Source of the DNA: a virus
DNA length: 64,000 nucleotides
IMG/VR virus record: IMGVR_UViG_3300032523_001141
Span: 55,991 to 119,990 of that record
Reading direction: 5' to 3' (one strand)
In this document: positions 47,063-56,320 of the stretch, piece by piece
Layout of the letters: each line of letters begins with the position of its first letter
How positions within the stretch are numbered: position 1 is the first letter of the stretch
Position numbers and translations under genes: made by a program
The notes under the pieces: generated by a model
Told to the model about the DNA's origin: nothing
Databases searched by the model: none
Seen by the model: the letters and a program-made list of their open reading frames with translations, nothing else

Positions 47063-48042
47063 TTTTTAGGCTCGTATTCCAAGTTGTCCATATACCGAGA
47101 GATAATGCGCGCTACATCGTCAACCTCGATCATAAACATGCACTGCGCAATCCATTGCCCGTCTTCAAGCATGACGGGCGACAGGCATAAGCTCTTATCT
47201 TTGTCGTCGCCGTCGCCTAATGGGATAACGCGACTTTTCCAGCAGCCGCCTTGATCGCAGCAAGGCAGCATGCCGCACGTGTGTAAAAATTGCTGGTCCG
47301 GCCCTTGCTCCCAGTGTGCCGGTTCACGGCCACCGGCAATGACAATACTCGCGCGAGACTTGCGATTAAATCGGGGGTGCGGCGGGACAGCATACGATAA
47401 ATGCATAGGAAAGCTAACGCCGCTGATAACCCCGAAACTATGATAAACAAGACGAATAAGCTGCCGCGTGTCCGTCTTTCCGATCATGTTAATTACGTTT
47501 TTGCCGACTAGCGTTGGATGAATGTGTTCGTTTGCACCTACCTGCACGAACCATACGTCAAGGAATTTGTCCACAAGTTCTTGATACCGATAAAACGCCC
47601 AAGCTTTAGCGGTAAAATCTTGTTTGTGTCCCGCGTTGATTATCCAATACGGCACGTCTCGCCCAACAATCTCGTGTACCGCAGACAGCCAAGATTGCTC
47701 AACGGCTGTAATGTTAATTAAACTGTGAAACCGTGTCGGTTTAATTGTCACGCCAAGGCGCTCGGCTAAGAACTCTCCGAAGGCTGTCGAAAACCTTACC
47801 GGATGCGTGTTGCTGCGGTGAATAGCAGGATAATCGCACCGCATCACTGTGACCTCTGGATCTGCGTCATCCAGCGGCGTGATAAATTTGCAGCCGTCAA
47901 ATATCTCGCGCGCGGGTGTGCGCACATCAGTAATAAACTTGCCCGGATTGGATTCGTGCAAGCTCGCGATGGCATACATCAGCATCACAATATCACCGGG
48001 ACTTTGGTGATTTTTTAGAATCAGTTTTTGCGGCGTTGTCAT
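47059..48042 (-). CDS. Glycosyltransferase family 9-like
   Basis: SPGDIVM, FVQVG, NMIGKTDTRQLIRLV, GVSFPMHL. Confidence 0.75.
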   Translation of the reverse strand: MTTPQKLILKNHQSPGDIVMLMYAIASLHESNPGKFITDVRTPAREIFDGCKFITPLDDADPEVTVMRCDYPAIHRSNTHPVRFSTAFGEFLAERLGVTIKPTRFHSLINITAVEQSWLSAVHEIVGRDVPYWIINAGHKQDFTAKAWAFYRYQELVDKFLDVWFVQVGANEHIHPTLVGKNVINMIGKTDTRQLIRLVYHSFGVISGVSFPMHLSYAVPPHPRFNRKSRASIVIAGGREPAHWEQGPDQQFLHTCGMLPCCDQGGCWKSRVIPLGDGDDKDKSLCLSPVMLEDGQWIAQCMFMIEVDDVARIISRYMDNLEYEPKK

Positions 48043-48043
48043 G

Positions 48044-49555
48044 TTAACGCGTAAGTACTACCTGATGTCCGGCAAATAAAATACGCCACCCATTGTTCAG
48101 CAGCCACGGCACGGCTTTAGCGCCCTTGCCACTGCACTTCGCGCCTTCGTACAGCGTGTCGTCAAATACAATCAGACCCCCGGGCGCTACCTTATCAGCG
48201 CAGAGCTGCGCTTCCGCGAGGCCGTGCTCTTCATGGCCGGCGAGGTATGTGTCCATGCTGTCGAGATAGAACAGATCTACTGGCTCATCTATTTCTTGCA
48301 GCGCGACCAGCGAGTCGGCGCACTTGGTTGTGACTGCGTGGAGGTTATTGCAAATACGGGCGGCATACGCGCTGTGCTCAAGGCTTAAATCGATGCTGAG
48401 CAGCCGGCCTTTTAGGCGTTGCGCAAATAACCCGAATAAAAACGTCGAGTACCCGGCGCCGGCCCAGTCGTTGTCAGAACGTATACAGCCCGTCTCTACC
48501 ATGACGGGTGGGCGACAACGGGCGACCAAATGGTCGAAGATCAGGCCAAAACTCAAGTGGCGGTCGACAAGCACTTTGGGCGCGTGCGCCACGCCTACTA
48601 CGCCGCCATTGCACTTTTTTGTGCAAAGCTGCAGCTGTACATCATGCGCCTGATTTTCTTCAATCCAGCGCGGCGGGGCGAGCATAAGCTGCGCTGCTTG
48701 CGCCACGTACTCCGCAGTAATCTCAGGCTGCGGCACAGTGTTGTACACATGCGCGCTGGCCGTATTTAATTCAACCTGATTGCGGACAATGTTTACGCAA
48801 TTTTTGCGCGGAATAGCGTAATTTGCCGGATTGTGGCCGAACCACACGCCCAACGACGGCGCGTCAATCATGCCGGCCAGATGATACGGACCGCTATCTA
48901 CGCCAATCACTAAATCGGCAAGGCCGATCAGCCCAACAAGCGCGTCGAGGCCGATAAGTTTACGCTCGTAATGATACAAGATGTTCCGTGAGCGCGCAGA
49001 GTGAAACCACGATGTTCTGTGATCCCAATCTAGAAAGATAACTGAGCCGGTCGTGTTTGACAGCAAGATGCGCGCGATGTCGCTGGCCATGTCCGGCGAC
49101 ATGTTTTTCTCCGACGACGACGTGTTGCCCTGCGAGTGAATTAACGTAATCGGGCGCTGCAGATCGGCCACAATTGGCGCCACACGTTCGGAGTAAGATT
49201 TAAACGCCAGCAAGTCGCGATTTTCAAGATACTCGTCCCAAAGCTCAGTGGTGGCTTTGACGCGCGGGGGCATCGGCAAACTGCAAAAATTTCGCCGGAT
49301 TTTATTCTCAACCAAAAAGTCATCCGGACCTAACGCGCGGTGTCGGTTAGGCTCGTACCACGGATGCGGGCGAGCCGTCCCGTTCTCTGTGGTTAGTTGC
49401 GTCGGAACGCCGACGGCCTCGAAGACCGCGCGTTTGTTTTTTGCGCACACAACCACCAGATCAACGCCGCGGCGTCGATACAGCAGCACTTGGTGCGCAA
49501 AATTTGCGCAATCTCCGAGGCCGTGATGAAACGCTACGTAAAATGGCTCAGACAT
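48044..49555 (-). CDS. GT9 glycosyltransferase fused to class I SAM methyltransferase
   Basis: HGLGD, ADLVIGVDSGPYHLA; then VETG, DLFYLDS, PGGLIVFDD, GKG. Confidence 0.8.
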   Translation of the reverse strand: MSEPFYVAFHHGLGDCANFAHQVLLYRRRGVDLVVVCAKNKRAVFEAVGVPTQLTTENGTARPHPWYEPNRHRALGPDDFLVENKIRRNFCSLPMPPRVKATTELWDEYLENRDLLAFKSYSERVAPIVADLQRPITLIHSQGNTSSSEKNMSPDMASDIARILLSNTTGSVIFLDWDHRTSWFHSARSRNILYHYERKLIGLDALVGLIGLADLVIGVDSGPYHLAGMIDAPSLGVWFGHNPANYAIPRKNCVNIVRNQVELNTASAHVYNTVPQPEITAEYVAQAAQLMLAPPRWIEENQAHDVQLQLCTKKCNGGVVGVAHAPKVLVDRHLSFGLIFDHLVARCRPPVMVETGCIRSDNDWAGAGYSTFLFGLFAQRLKGRLLSIDLSLEHSAYAARICNNLHAVTTKCADSLVALQEIDEPVDLFYLDSMDTYLAGHEEHGLAEAQLCADKVAPGGLIVFDDTLYEGAKCSGKGAKAVPWLLNNGWRILFAGHQVVLTR

Positions 49556-49557
49556 GT

Positions 49558-49893
49558 TTACAGCGCGTCAGGGTCGAGTGCGCCGACAGCCGCGCCCGAA
49601 AAGATCCGCACTGTGTACTGTTCACCGTTTACCTGCACGCCATCCTTAGTAGAAATGATCGCGCTTTTAGTAATTTCCATAGCACGCGTCAAAGTAATCA
49701 GCTGCTCATTGAACGCTTTTTGCAGAAGAGCTAGTAACAGGCCTTCTGGCGCTGCTGTCTCGGGATTGCCGAAGTTTGAGCCGCTACCAGTTTCAGACGG
49801 GCGGTACGTTAACTCCGCTGCGGCGCCAGTTCCGGCAATAGCCGCGTTTCCGCCGAACAACGTTGTGATATCTACGATATAGTCCATAGCCAT
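49558..49893 (-). CDS. Hypothetical protein
   Basis: 111 aa, SD AAGGAG. Confidence 0.6.
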   Translation of the reverse strand: MAMDYIVDITTLFGGNAAIAGTGAAAELTYRPSETGSGSNFGNPETAAPEGLLLALLQKAFNEQLITLTRAMEITKSAIISTKDGVQVNGEQYTVRIFSGAAVGALDPDAL

Positions 49894-49954
49894 AAAAAAG
49901 CTCCTTTAAAGGTACAATCAATTTACAAACACACAGAAAATAACGCAACCTATG

Positions 49955-50041
49955 CGGATGGGGAGGGATTCAAACCCCCGGAACAAGTTAAAGTTCGTCT
50001 GTTTTCAAGACCGGCGCATTAAACCACTCTGCCACCCATCC
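49955..50041 (-). tRNA. tRNA-Ser (TGA), with mismatched anticodon stem
   Basis: Acceptor GGATGGG/CCCATCC, D arm GCAGAGTGGTTTAATGC, loop CTTGAAA, long variable arm, T loop TTTGAAT. Confidence 0.8.
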
Positions 50042-50052
50042 AAGTTAAACAG

Positions 50053-50191
50053 GCTGGACCGTTGGCAGCAGGACCGCTCGCGTCCTGCTTGTGCTCGTGT
50101 TGCGTAGGGGCGAAAGGGGCGGTCGGACACCGTTAGAACCCAGCAACCAACGTCCGGCACAGCGGCTTATCCGACGCCGTGCAATTCCAGC
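50053..50191 (-). ncRNA. Candidate ~140-nt structured RNA upstream of tRNA-Ser
   Basis: Nested stems GCTGGA/TCCAGC, GCACGGCG/CGCTGTGC, CGTTGG/CCAACG, AGCAGGAC/GTCCTGCT. Confidence 0.45.
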
Positions 50192-50298
50192 TGTATGTGT
50201 ACAGCCGGAACCAACAAGAATCACTCGCGCGCGCCGCCAAAATTAGGGAGATGCGTCGCACTACGCGCCATCCTTGTTGCTCTCCTGAAACTCCTTAA

Positions 50299-50769
50299 TC
50301 AAGCAAGAATTCGTTTAATTCGATCTAAATCTTGCCGGCTGTCCTCGATTTGTTTTTCCAAAAATATCTCAATCCATTTCAGGTCTGCTGCCGTAAGCCC
50401 GACTGGCTGAGGACCGCCGTCAGCTGTAGTCAGCGTAACTACCGGTACGCTATCTAACGAGGCAATTAAAGCTGTGTAATTCTCTACGACCTCTGTTTCT
50501 ATTAGCAGCGCGTATGACATAGTGTACTCAATGTTTTCATACACCGGGAAGGCCTTGGAGCCGAGCGATAGCGAGGCTCCAAGGCCTAATAATAGGTCTT
50601 GAAACTGCTTTACGTGCTCGAGCTCGCTCTTGGCCTGCTCAAACAAAAACTCGCTGTACTCTTGCGCGTGCAAACCAATAACAGCGCTAGCGTGGTAAAG
50701 ATAAAAACCTAAATGCTTGCGTTCTTGCTCAAGGGCGTCGTTTAACTTCTGCAGTAACTCGACTGACAT
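50299..50769 (-). CDS. Ferritin-like (bacterioferritin-type) protein
   Basis: LNDALEQE...Y...ELEH...LLIETEVVENY...E four-helix di-iron pattern. Confidence 0.75.
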   Translation of the reverse strand: MSVELLQKLNDALEQERKHLGFYLYHASAVIGLHAQEYSEFLFEQAKSELEHVKQFQDLLLGLGASLSLGSKAFPVYENIEYTMSYALLIETEVVENYTALIASLDSVPVVTLTTADGGPQPVGLTAADLKWIEIFLEKQIEDSRQDLDRIKRILA

Positions 50770-50853
50770 GGTTACCTCGGGGCGGCGGCGTGGTTGTGCC
50801 AGGCAATCTTTACAGAGCGCCAAGTGTAACGACACTTACACAAGTGTGCAATA

Positions 50854-51585
50854 CTAGAGGCGGTTCAAAATCTGAGTAATTAGCGGATGGCGCACAACGT
50901 CACTGTTGGCGAACTCCATCATGCCTACCCCGTCTAATTCCTGCAGTTTTTTCTGCACTTCACTTAACGCACAATAATCGTAATGCGCTTTATTAAATAT
51001 ATCGCTTTGTTCAGGATCGCCCGTCACGATTACTTTGGTATTCTCGCCAAAACGGCTGAGAAACAGCTTTAATTGCGTGTACGTCGCGTTCTGCGCTTCG
51101 TCAAAGATACAGACGGCGTCGTGAAACGTGCGGCCACGCATGTAGCACAACGGTGCCAGCATAATTGAGCGGTTAACGAACTCCCGGGCGGCGGATTGCT
51201 TGCCTAGAAGCAAATCCATTGTGTCGTAAAGCGGCTGCATGTACGGGTTTACTTTGTCGCCAAACGTGCCCGGAAGAAAGCCAAGTTTCTCGCCGGCCTC
51301 GACGATAGGTCGCGTAAGCACGATCTTGTTACGCGTGCCCGCGAGAATCTCATTAATGGCGTACGCCATTGCCAGAAACGTTTTGCCGGAGCCAGCTGAG
51401 CCGAGCAAAAACGTAATGTGATTTTTCTCAATTAACTTTAGCGCCTCATGCTGCGCTTTAGTGCGCGGCTTAACTTCTATCGGCGCAATAATAGCTTGCT
51501 GCGTTTTTTCTTTTTTTTCTTGTCGTGTAGTTTTTCGTTGCGCGCTGCGGGTCGATTTGTACGCTGATCGTTTGGGCTTAACCAT
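50854..51585 (-). CDS. phoH: PhoH-family ATPase
   Basis: GSAGSGKT, LGFLPG, YMRGRTF, DEAQN, GDPEQSD, VVRH. Confidence 0.92.
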   Translation of the reverse strand: MVKPKRSAYKSTRSAQRKTTRQEKKEKTQQAIIAPIEVKPRTKAQHEALKLIEKNHITFLLGSAGSGKTFLAMAYAINEILAGTRNKIVLTRPIVEAGEKLGFLPGTFGDKVNPYMQPLYDTMDLLLGKQSAAREFVNRSIMLAPLCYMRGRTFHDAVCIFDEAQNATYTQLKLFLSRFGENTKVIVTGDPEQSDIFNKAHYDYCALSEVQKKLQELDGVGMMEFANSDVVRHPLITQILNRL

Positions 51586-51625
51586 AAAACGTCCTTGTTC
51601 TAAGTATTAGCTATTGCGCGATACA

Positions 51626-54478
51626 TTACCGCACTTTCGGTGGCGTTGCCGGTTTTGCTGGCGCGGCGAGGGAGGTCGGCTGGCGACGAGCGTTGATGGC
51701 CGCCTGCTTTATTGCCTGCTGCTTAAAACTGTGGTCCCACCAAGCCTTCATGCCAGCAGCGTCCAGCGTAGCGGGGTTCTGCATATGACTGGGCTTTTTG
51801 GCAGGAGTGCCAGTGGCTACGCTCGTCGCCGGGCGGGGAGCTGCCTTAAACGGTGACGGCGCTGGCGCTGGCGTTAAAGACGGCGGGTCAATATCGGTGG
51901 ACGGAAGCACCCTTGGGCGCGCGACGGTCGGCTGTAGAGGCGCCGGGCGCAAATAATTGTGCCGCGCCCCGACGGTTGTTTGAAATGGCGTCATCTTTTT
52001 CCCGGGCTGCACTGAGCCTTTATTAACGTAAAGGTTGTACAACTGCTGGTCAGTAGCTTTTGGGTTATAGGCTATTCCGTGCTGTTTAAACGCCGCTTCC
52101 GCATAAGCGCGGTCAAATGGTGTCTTACTAAACTGCGGCTGCGCCGGTTGTTGCGGGGCGGCTTGAGGCGGACACACGCCGCCCGGGCACGCAACCTGCA
52201 CTGCTTTTTTCTCAATCTTTTTCTTCTTTTTCTTGCCGCCAATCGGGCGGCAGGAGTCGTTGCTGTAAGGCTTCTTGCCCGGCACAGGCTCGTAACCAGA
52301 CCAGCAACGCGCAGCTTTACGCATAACGTGCAGGCTAGTTTTTTTCCAGCCGCGGTTGGCTAGCTGCTGCGCTTCAAATTTAGCGCGTTCTGGTGTGCCG
52401 GGAGCGCCAAAGTAACGCGCACTCCATGTTCCGGGTTTAGCTGCTTCGGGAGAAAGTCCGAGCGTGCGGGCGGCGAAAGTATCCCACCCAGGTTCTTGTA
52501 ACCGCTCTTTTGCCAACGTATTAAAATTTTGATTTACGTGTTGGGCAGCGTTGTTATACATGTAATTAGGATCCTCTGAATCAGCCATAAACTTTTCAGC
52601 CGTTGCGCTAAAGTTAGCGTAAGGCCCAACTTCTTCACGCACTTTTGCAAGCTCTGCTTTAGCTGCGTCTGGGCCTTGCTTAGAAGCCGCTTCAAGCCTG
52701 CCGCGGATATCAGCTTCGTTAGGTGCTTTGCCGCCGAGCGCGCCAATTACACTTCCAATACCGCTGTTAGCAGCCTCAGCCGCTTCTTGGCCAAACAAGC
52801 CGCCACTAGCGCCGGCTAACCCCGCCGCGCCAATACCGAGCGCCCCCAGTAACATACCGGCTCCGCTGCCGCCTAACACTCCGAGAAGCGCTAACGGTAC
52901 GCCAATGGCAAAAGCCATCTGCCCGGCAGTTCCTAAACCTTCCCACATCTGAGTAATTTGCCCAAACTCGCGCGGACTGTTGGCGCCGGCCCCGCCTGTG
53001 GCATCGTTAACAAAATTGCCGAGCGCAGGCTGCATATATTCTTTTTCAAACGCTTGCGCCTCTGGCGTCTTTTCGCCTCTTGCAAACGCGGCGGCAGCTG
53101 TTTGCGTCGGCGCGTCAAGGTTTAACGTGCTAGCGTAATCAGTGATAAGCGTTTCGCGCGCTTTCGGGTCCGTTGTAGTTTTAAGCTTAGCCTGCAGGTC
53201 AGTAGCCGCGGCGGTTTGCTGCTCTGGCGTAAGTTGCGGCTTATCAGCAACTGGAGCCGCTGTACCGGCACCTGTAGCAGCTACGCCGCCCGCACCACCA
53301 GCGGCATAAGGCAGGCGCTCTTTGTCCGCCGCCGGTGCCGCTGTGGGTGGTGTAGCCGGCGGCGGCACTACCGGTTTTGGATTAGCGCCAACAGCGTCAA
53401 CTGCTAGCGTATTAAACTGCGCTTGCAGCTCGGGGCTAAGTTTTGCGACATCATCCATCGAACTAATGTTATTATTGGCTAAGAACGTTTCAAATTGGCT
53501 TGGCGGCTTATCAGCAACTGGAGCCGCGGTACCAGCACCTGTTGCAGCTACGCCGCCCGGACCACCCGCGGCGTAAGGCAGCCGCTCTTTATTTGCAATC
53601 GGAGCTGCGGAGGCGGGCAGCGGTGATGGCGCTAAATCTGCCTGCGGCTGATTAGAGCCTGGAAAAATATAGTTACCAACCGCGCGGGAAACATCGGCGG
53701 TGGCGTTCAACGCCGTCGGCATCGGGAACATTAGGGTGCCAGCAACTGGATTTGATGTTAACGGTACTCCTGTATTTTCTTCAATTTGTTGTGCGCCTTG
53801 ATGCAATGCAAAGTTGCCCGTGCCCACGTAGCCCATGTTAGGGCCGGCAGTTCCAGTTAAACGCCGCCATCGATCAAAAATAGCTTTAGCCGGATTTCCG
53901 CCAGCAGCGGCAGGGGCAGGAGCAGGCGCCGAAGGCGCTGGCACACCGCCTGCAGCCGGAACAGGCGCAGGAGCAGAAGCCGGCGCTGGAGTTGGAGCGG
54001 GTTTGGGCGCGGGCGCTGGAGTTGGCGCTATCTTTGGCGCCGGTGCCTGCGCGTTTGGAGAGTTATACAGTAATTTATTAAGAGCCTCTGGGTCGCCACT
54101 CTTTCGCGCGGCGTCAATAGCTGCGCGCTGTTTAGGAGAAATCAAAGGAACGTTCGGAAACCGAAGCGCTGGTTTTGCCGTTGTCGCGGCAGCGTCAACA
54201 ACTGGCGCTGCAGCATTAACGACAGGTGTTACGGCCTTTGCTGCTGGCTTTGCGGCTGTTGCGGCTGCATCAACAACTGGCGTTACAGCTTTAGCCGCAG
54301 GCTTTGCTGCGCCTCTGAAAGCTGTAACTGCGTTTCCCGCAAGAGTTCCAAGCGCGGCCAAGGCATTAGCAGATTGTTTTACAGTGTCCAGTTTATCTGC
54401 GCGGGCCAGCGCCAAATTAACTAAAGCTTTTGCGTATTCGCGATGCAGGATCTCAGTCGCTAATTTCTTCTGCGCCAT
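51626..54478 (-). CDS. Large Ala/Pro-rich modular protein with TM segments and CWxGY module
   Basis: ~950 aa; VKQSA, RKAA, EKKA linkers; CWSGYEPVPGKKPYSNDSC; glycine-zipper helices. Confidence 0.7.
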   Translation of the reverse strand: MAQKKLATEILHREYAKALVNLALARADKLDTVKQSANALAALGTLAGNAVTAFRGAAKPAAKAVTPVVDAAATAAKPAAKAVTPVVNAAAPVVDAAATTAKPALRFPNVPLISPKQRAAIDAARKSGDPEALNKLLYNSPNAQAPAPKIAPTPAPAPKPAPTPAPASAPAPVPAAGGVPAPSAPAPAPAAAGGNPAKAIFDRWRRLTGTAGPNMGYVGTGNFALHQGAQQIEENTGVPLTSNPVAGTLMFPMPTALNATADVSRAVGNYIFPGSNQPQADLAPSPLPASAAPIANKERLPYAAGGPGGVAATGAGTAAPVADKPPSQFETFLANNNISSMDDVAKLSPELQAQFNTLAVDAVGANPKPVVPPPATPPTAAPAADKERLPYAAGGAGGVAATGAGTAAPVADKPQLTPEQQTAAATDLQAKLKTTTDPKARETLITDYASTLNLDAPTQTAAAAFARGEKTPEAQAFEKEYMQPALGNFVNDATGGAGANSPREFGQITQMWEGLGTAGQMAFAIGVPLALLGVLGGSGAGMLLGALGIGAAGLAGASGGLFGQEAAEAANSGIGSVIGALGGKAPNEADIRGRLEAASKQGPDAAKAELAKVREEVGPYANFSATAEKFMADSEDPNYMYNNAAQHVNQNFNTLAKERLQEPGWDTFAARTLGLSPEAAKPGTWSARYFGAPGTPERAKFEAQQLANRGWKKTSLHVMRKAARCWSGYEPVPGKKPYSNDSCRPIGGKKKKKKIEKKAVQVACPGGVCPPQAAPQQPAQPQFSKTPFDRAYAEAAFKQHGIAYNPKATDQQLYNLYVNKGSVQPGKKMTPFQTTVGARHNYLRPAPLQPTVARPRVLPSTDIDPPSLTPAPAPSPFKAAPRPATSVATGTPAKKPSHMQNPATLDAAGMKAWWDHSFKQQAIKQAAINARRQPTSLAAPAKPATPPKVR
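53238..53590 (-). repeat. 86-bp intragenic direct repeat (two copies)
   Basis: 53238-53323 and 53505-53590 both encode KERLPYAAGG(P/A)GGVAATGAGTAAPVADKP. Confidence 0.85.
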
Positions 54479-54869
54479 TTGGTACATCCTTGTCTGGCTG
54501 GCCAGCACGAACGACGTCCTTGTCGCTGTGGTGCGTGCTGAACTCAAACATCATCGACTCTTCAAGCCCATGAAACTTGTGCCACATTCCCGGCGGAATA
54601 TGGAAGGCCATATCAGGCGTCAGTATCAACTGTGCGGCGGCGTTTACGTCTTCGTCCCATCCGTAGGTTAAAAGCACTTTGCCGCGCTCTAGATACATCA
54701 CCTCGTCTTTAACTTTGTGGTAGTGAAAGCTGCACTCTTTGCTTTTTTCAATAAACAGCTTTTTGCCGCAATAGCGCCCGTTCCAAATCCAATCTTCGTA
54801 GCCCCACTTCTTTTCAACGTATACGCGTTGCTCAGCGTTAACTACAAACCGTTTTTGGTTGACGCCCAC
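54453..54869 (-). CDS. Cupin-domain protein
   Basis: KKWGYE, SFHYHKVKDE, IPPGMWHKF. Confidence 0.8.
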   Translation of the reverse strand: MGVNQKRFVVNAEQRVYVEKKWGYEDWIWNGRYCGKKLFIEKSKECSFHYHKVKDEVMYLERGKVLLTYGWDEDVNAAAQLILTPDMAFHIPPGMWHKFHGLEESMMFEFSTHHSDKDVVRAGQPDKDVPNGAEEISD

Positions 54870-54976
54870 GATATGGCTCCTCAGTACAAGTATACAGAAA
54901 ATGACGTACGCGACGTATTACAGCACAAAAAAGCAATTTAGAAAATAGCAAACAACGTAAAACACCGCATACCAAT

Positions 54977-55009
54977 AAAAAACCGCAGAAGTTTTGCTTC
55001 TGCGGTTTT
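54977..55009 (-). terminator. Intrinsic terminator
   Basis: Perfect stem AAAACCGCAGAAG/CTTCTGCGGTTTT with T-tail on the minus strand. Confidence 0.75.
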
Positions 55010-55036
55010 CGTTGTGTCAGCGCTAGTTTAAACGCG

Positions 55037-55507
55037 TCAGACTTGGCCGGGCATTTTTGATTTGCCGTCAAGCGAGCCTGCGTCGCCAAGCTCTTCAACA
55101 GGGTTACTCTTTTTTGGCTTAAATGAGTCAACAAGCCTGAAGCTTTGCGGTGCTTTTGGATTCAAATCTGGATATTGATTGCCTGCGGGCAATTGTCCGC
55201 TGACTACCGGCTTTGCGGCTAAAAGCTTTGCCAGTTCTGGGCCAGCAGCGTAGCCGCCAGCGCCGCCAGCAAGAGCGGCAAGAATAGCCGGCATATAGGA
55301 GCCGTCGCCGCGCTCTTCGTCTTCCTTTGAGCGCATAAGCTTCTGGATCCCCATCGCGCCAAGGCCGGCTGCCGTAGCGCCACCAGCAGCGCCCATAACT
55401 TCCGGCGTCATGTACTGCGACAGAGCCGAAAAGTCAGGAAGCATGCTTTCGCCTGCGGCGATCTTTTGCGTAAACCGGCGTAAAACCTGTACGTCTTTAG
55501 CACTCAT
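55037..55507 (-). CDS. Glycine-zipper protein (QKIAA)
   Basis: GAAGGATAAGLG and ALAGGAGG helices. Confidence 0.65.
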   Translation of the reverse strand: MSAKDVQVLRRFTQKIAAGESMLPDFSALSQYMTPEVMGAAGGATAAGLGAMGIQKLMRSKEDEERGDGSYMPAILAALAGGAGGYAAGPELAKLLAAKPVVSGQLPAGNQYPDLNPKAPQSFRLVDSFKPKKSNPVEELGDAGSLDGKSKMPGQV

Positions 55508-55673
55508 AATAATACTCCAATTGGTCGGTAACTGGTTTAATTCTAACTATTTGCGGGACTAACCGCAACGCCCGCCTTCGCAGCAGGTCTCTAAAATCAT
55601 ATGGCATTTTGGGCAGACTAATTTGCCCCTAATTTCAATAGCTTTTACGCAACACAGCGGGCACATAACAACC

Positions 55674-56204
55674 TCACTTTTCGCTGCAGCGAAAAACCAC
55701 GGAATATCGGTGCCCCGGAACCGGCAAAATAGAGTGCAACCAAATATACCGAATTTCCCCGCGTATCTGCACTAAGCTTCTTCGCGGGAGCTCCACGTCA
55801 AACGTAATATTTTCTCGTTCAAACCGCATGATCGCGGCAGACTCAAGGCTCAGTACCGTAATTATGGCGCCAGAGTTTTTACTGTCAACGTGGGGCTGAA
55901 TAGTTTGGCCGTGCTCGTATTCGTTAATTGACACAGAGTCGGGCTTAGTGAGCAGTAGGTTGTGCGCCAACAGCCGCTCTGAGTAATCGTCCAAATAGTC
56001 GGGCACGTACTTAGCCTGCATAAACGAATTGTACGGAATGTTCGAGCCAAAGCGTTGAACGTTCGAGCGGCCAGCGGTTTTTAATTGCTTTTTGCGCTCG
56101 GTGTTATTGAGCGTAGCGATAAGCGCAGCTTCTTCTTCTACCGTAATAAAATCTGCGTAGAGGCTTATCCCGATGTTTTCGCGTCCTGTGACAAGTTGCT
56201 GCAT
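55674..56204 (-). CDS. AlkB-like 2OG-Fe(II) oxygenase
   Basis: INEY, HVD, LSL, WLHSI, RYSVVFR. Confidence 0.85.
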   Translation of the reverse strand: MQQLVTGRENIGISLYADFITVEEEAALIATLNNTERKKQLKTAGRSNVQRFGSNIPYNSFMQAKYVPDYLDDYSERLLAHNLLLTKPDSVSINEYEHGQTIQPHVDSKNSGAIITVLSLESAAIMRFERENITFDVELPRRSLVQIRGEIRYIWLHSILPVPGHRYSVVFRCSEK

Positions 56205-56320
56205 GCGGTCACCTCAGTGCTTCCAGCTTTGTACTTGGGAATGTACGGGCAGTTTTTACATTTGTGTCCGCAACACCGGCCGTACTTCAAAAGCTGTTCG
56301 GCAGTGAGCGGTTTTGTCAT
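56165..56320 (-). CDS. Small Cys-rich protein (DUF5522-like)
   Basis: 51 aa MTKPLTAEQLLKYGRCCGHKCKNCPY...; ATGA overlap with the upstream gene; below the ORF-track cutoff. Confidence 0.65.
   Translation of the reverse strand: MTKPLTAEQLLKYGRCCGHKCKNCPYIPKYKAGSTEVTACSNLSQDAKTSG

Noticed and set aside
53238-53590. 86-bp repeat pair as a DGR template/variable repeat
   Set aside because: Both copies are in-frame in one gene, the differences are mostly synonymous rather than adenine-specific, and no reverse transcriptase is seen
53835-54671. 278-aa plus-strand Gly/Ala-rich ORF, and the many similar plus-strand ORFs
   Set aside because: Mirror of the Pro/Ala-rich minus-strand gene; SD sites and gene coupling support only the minus strand
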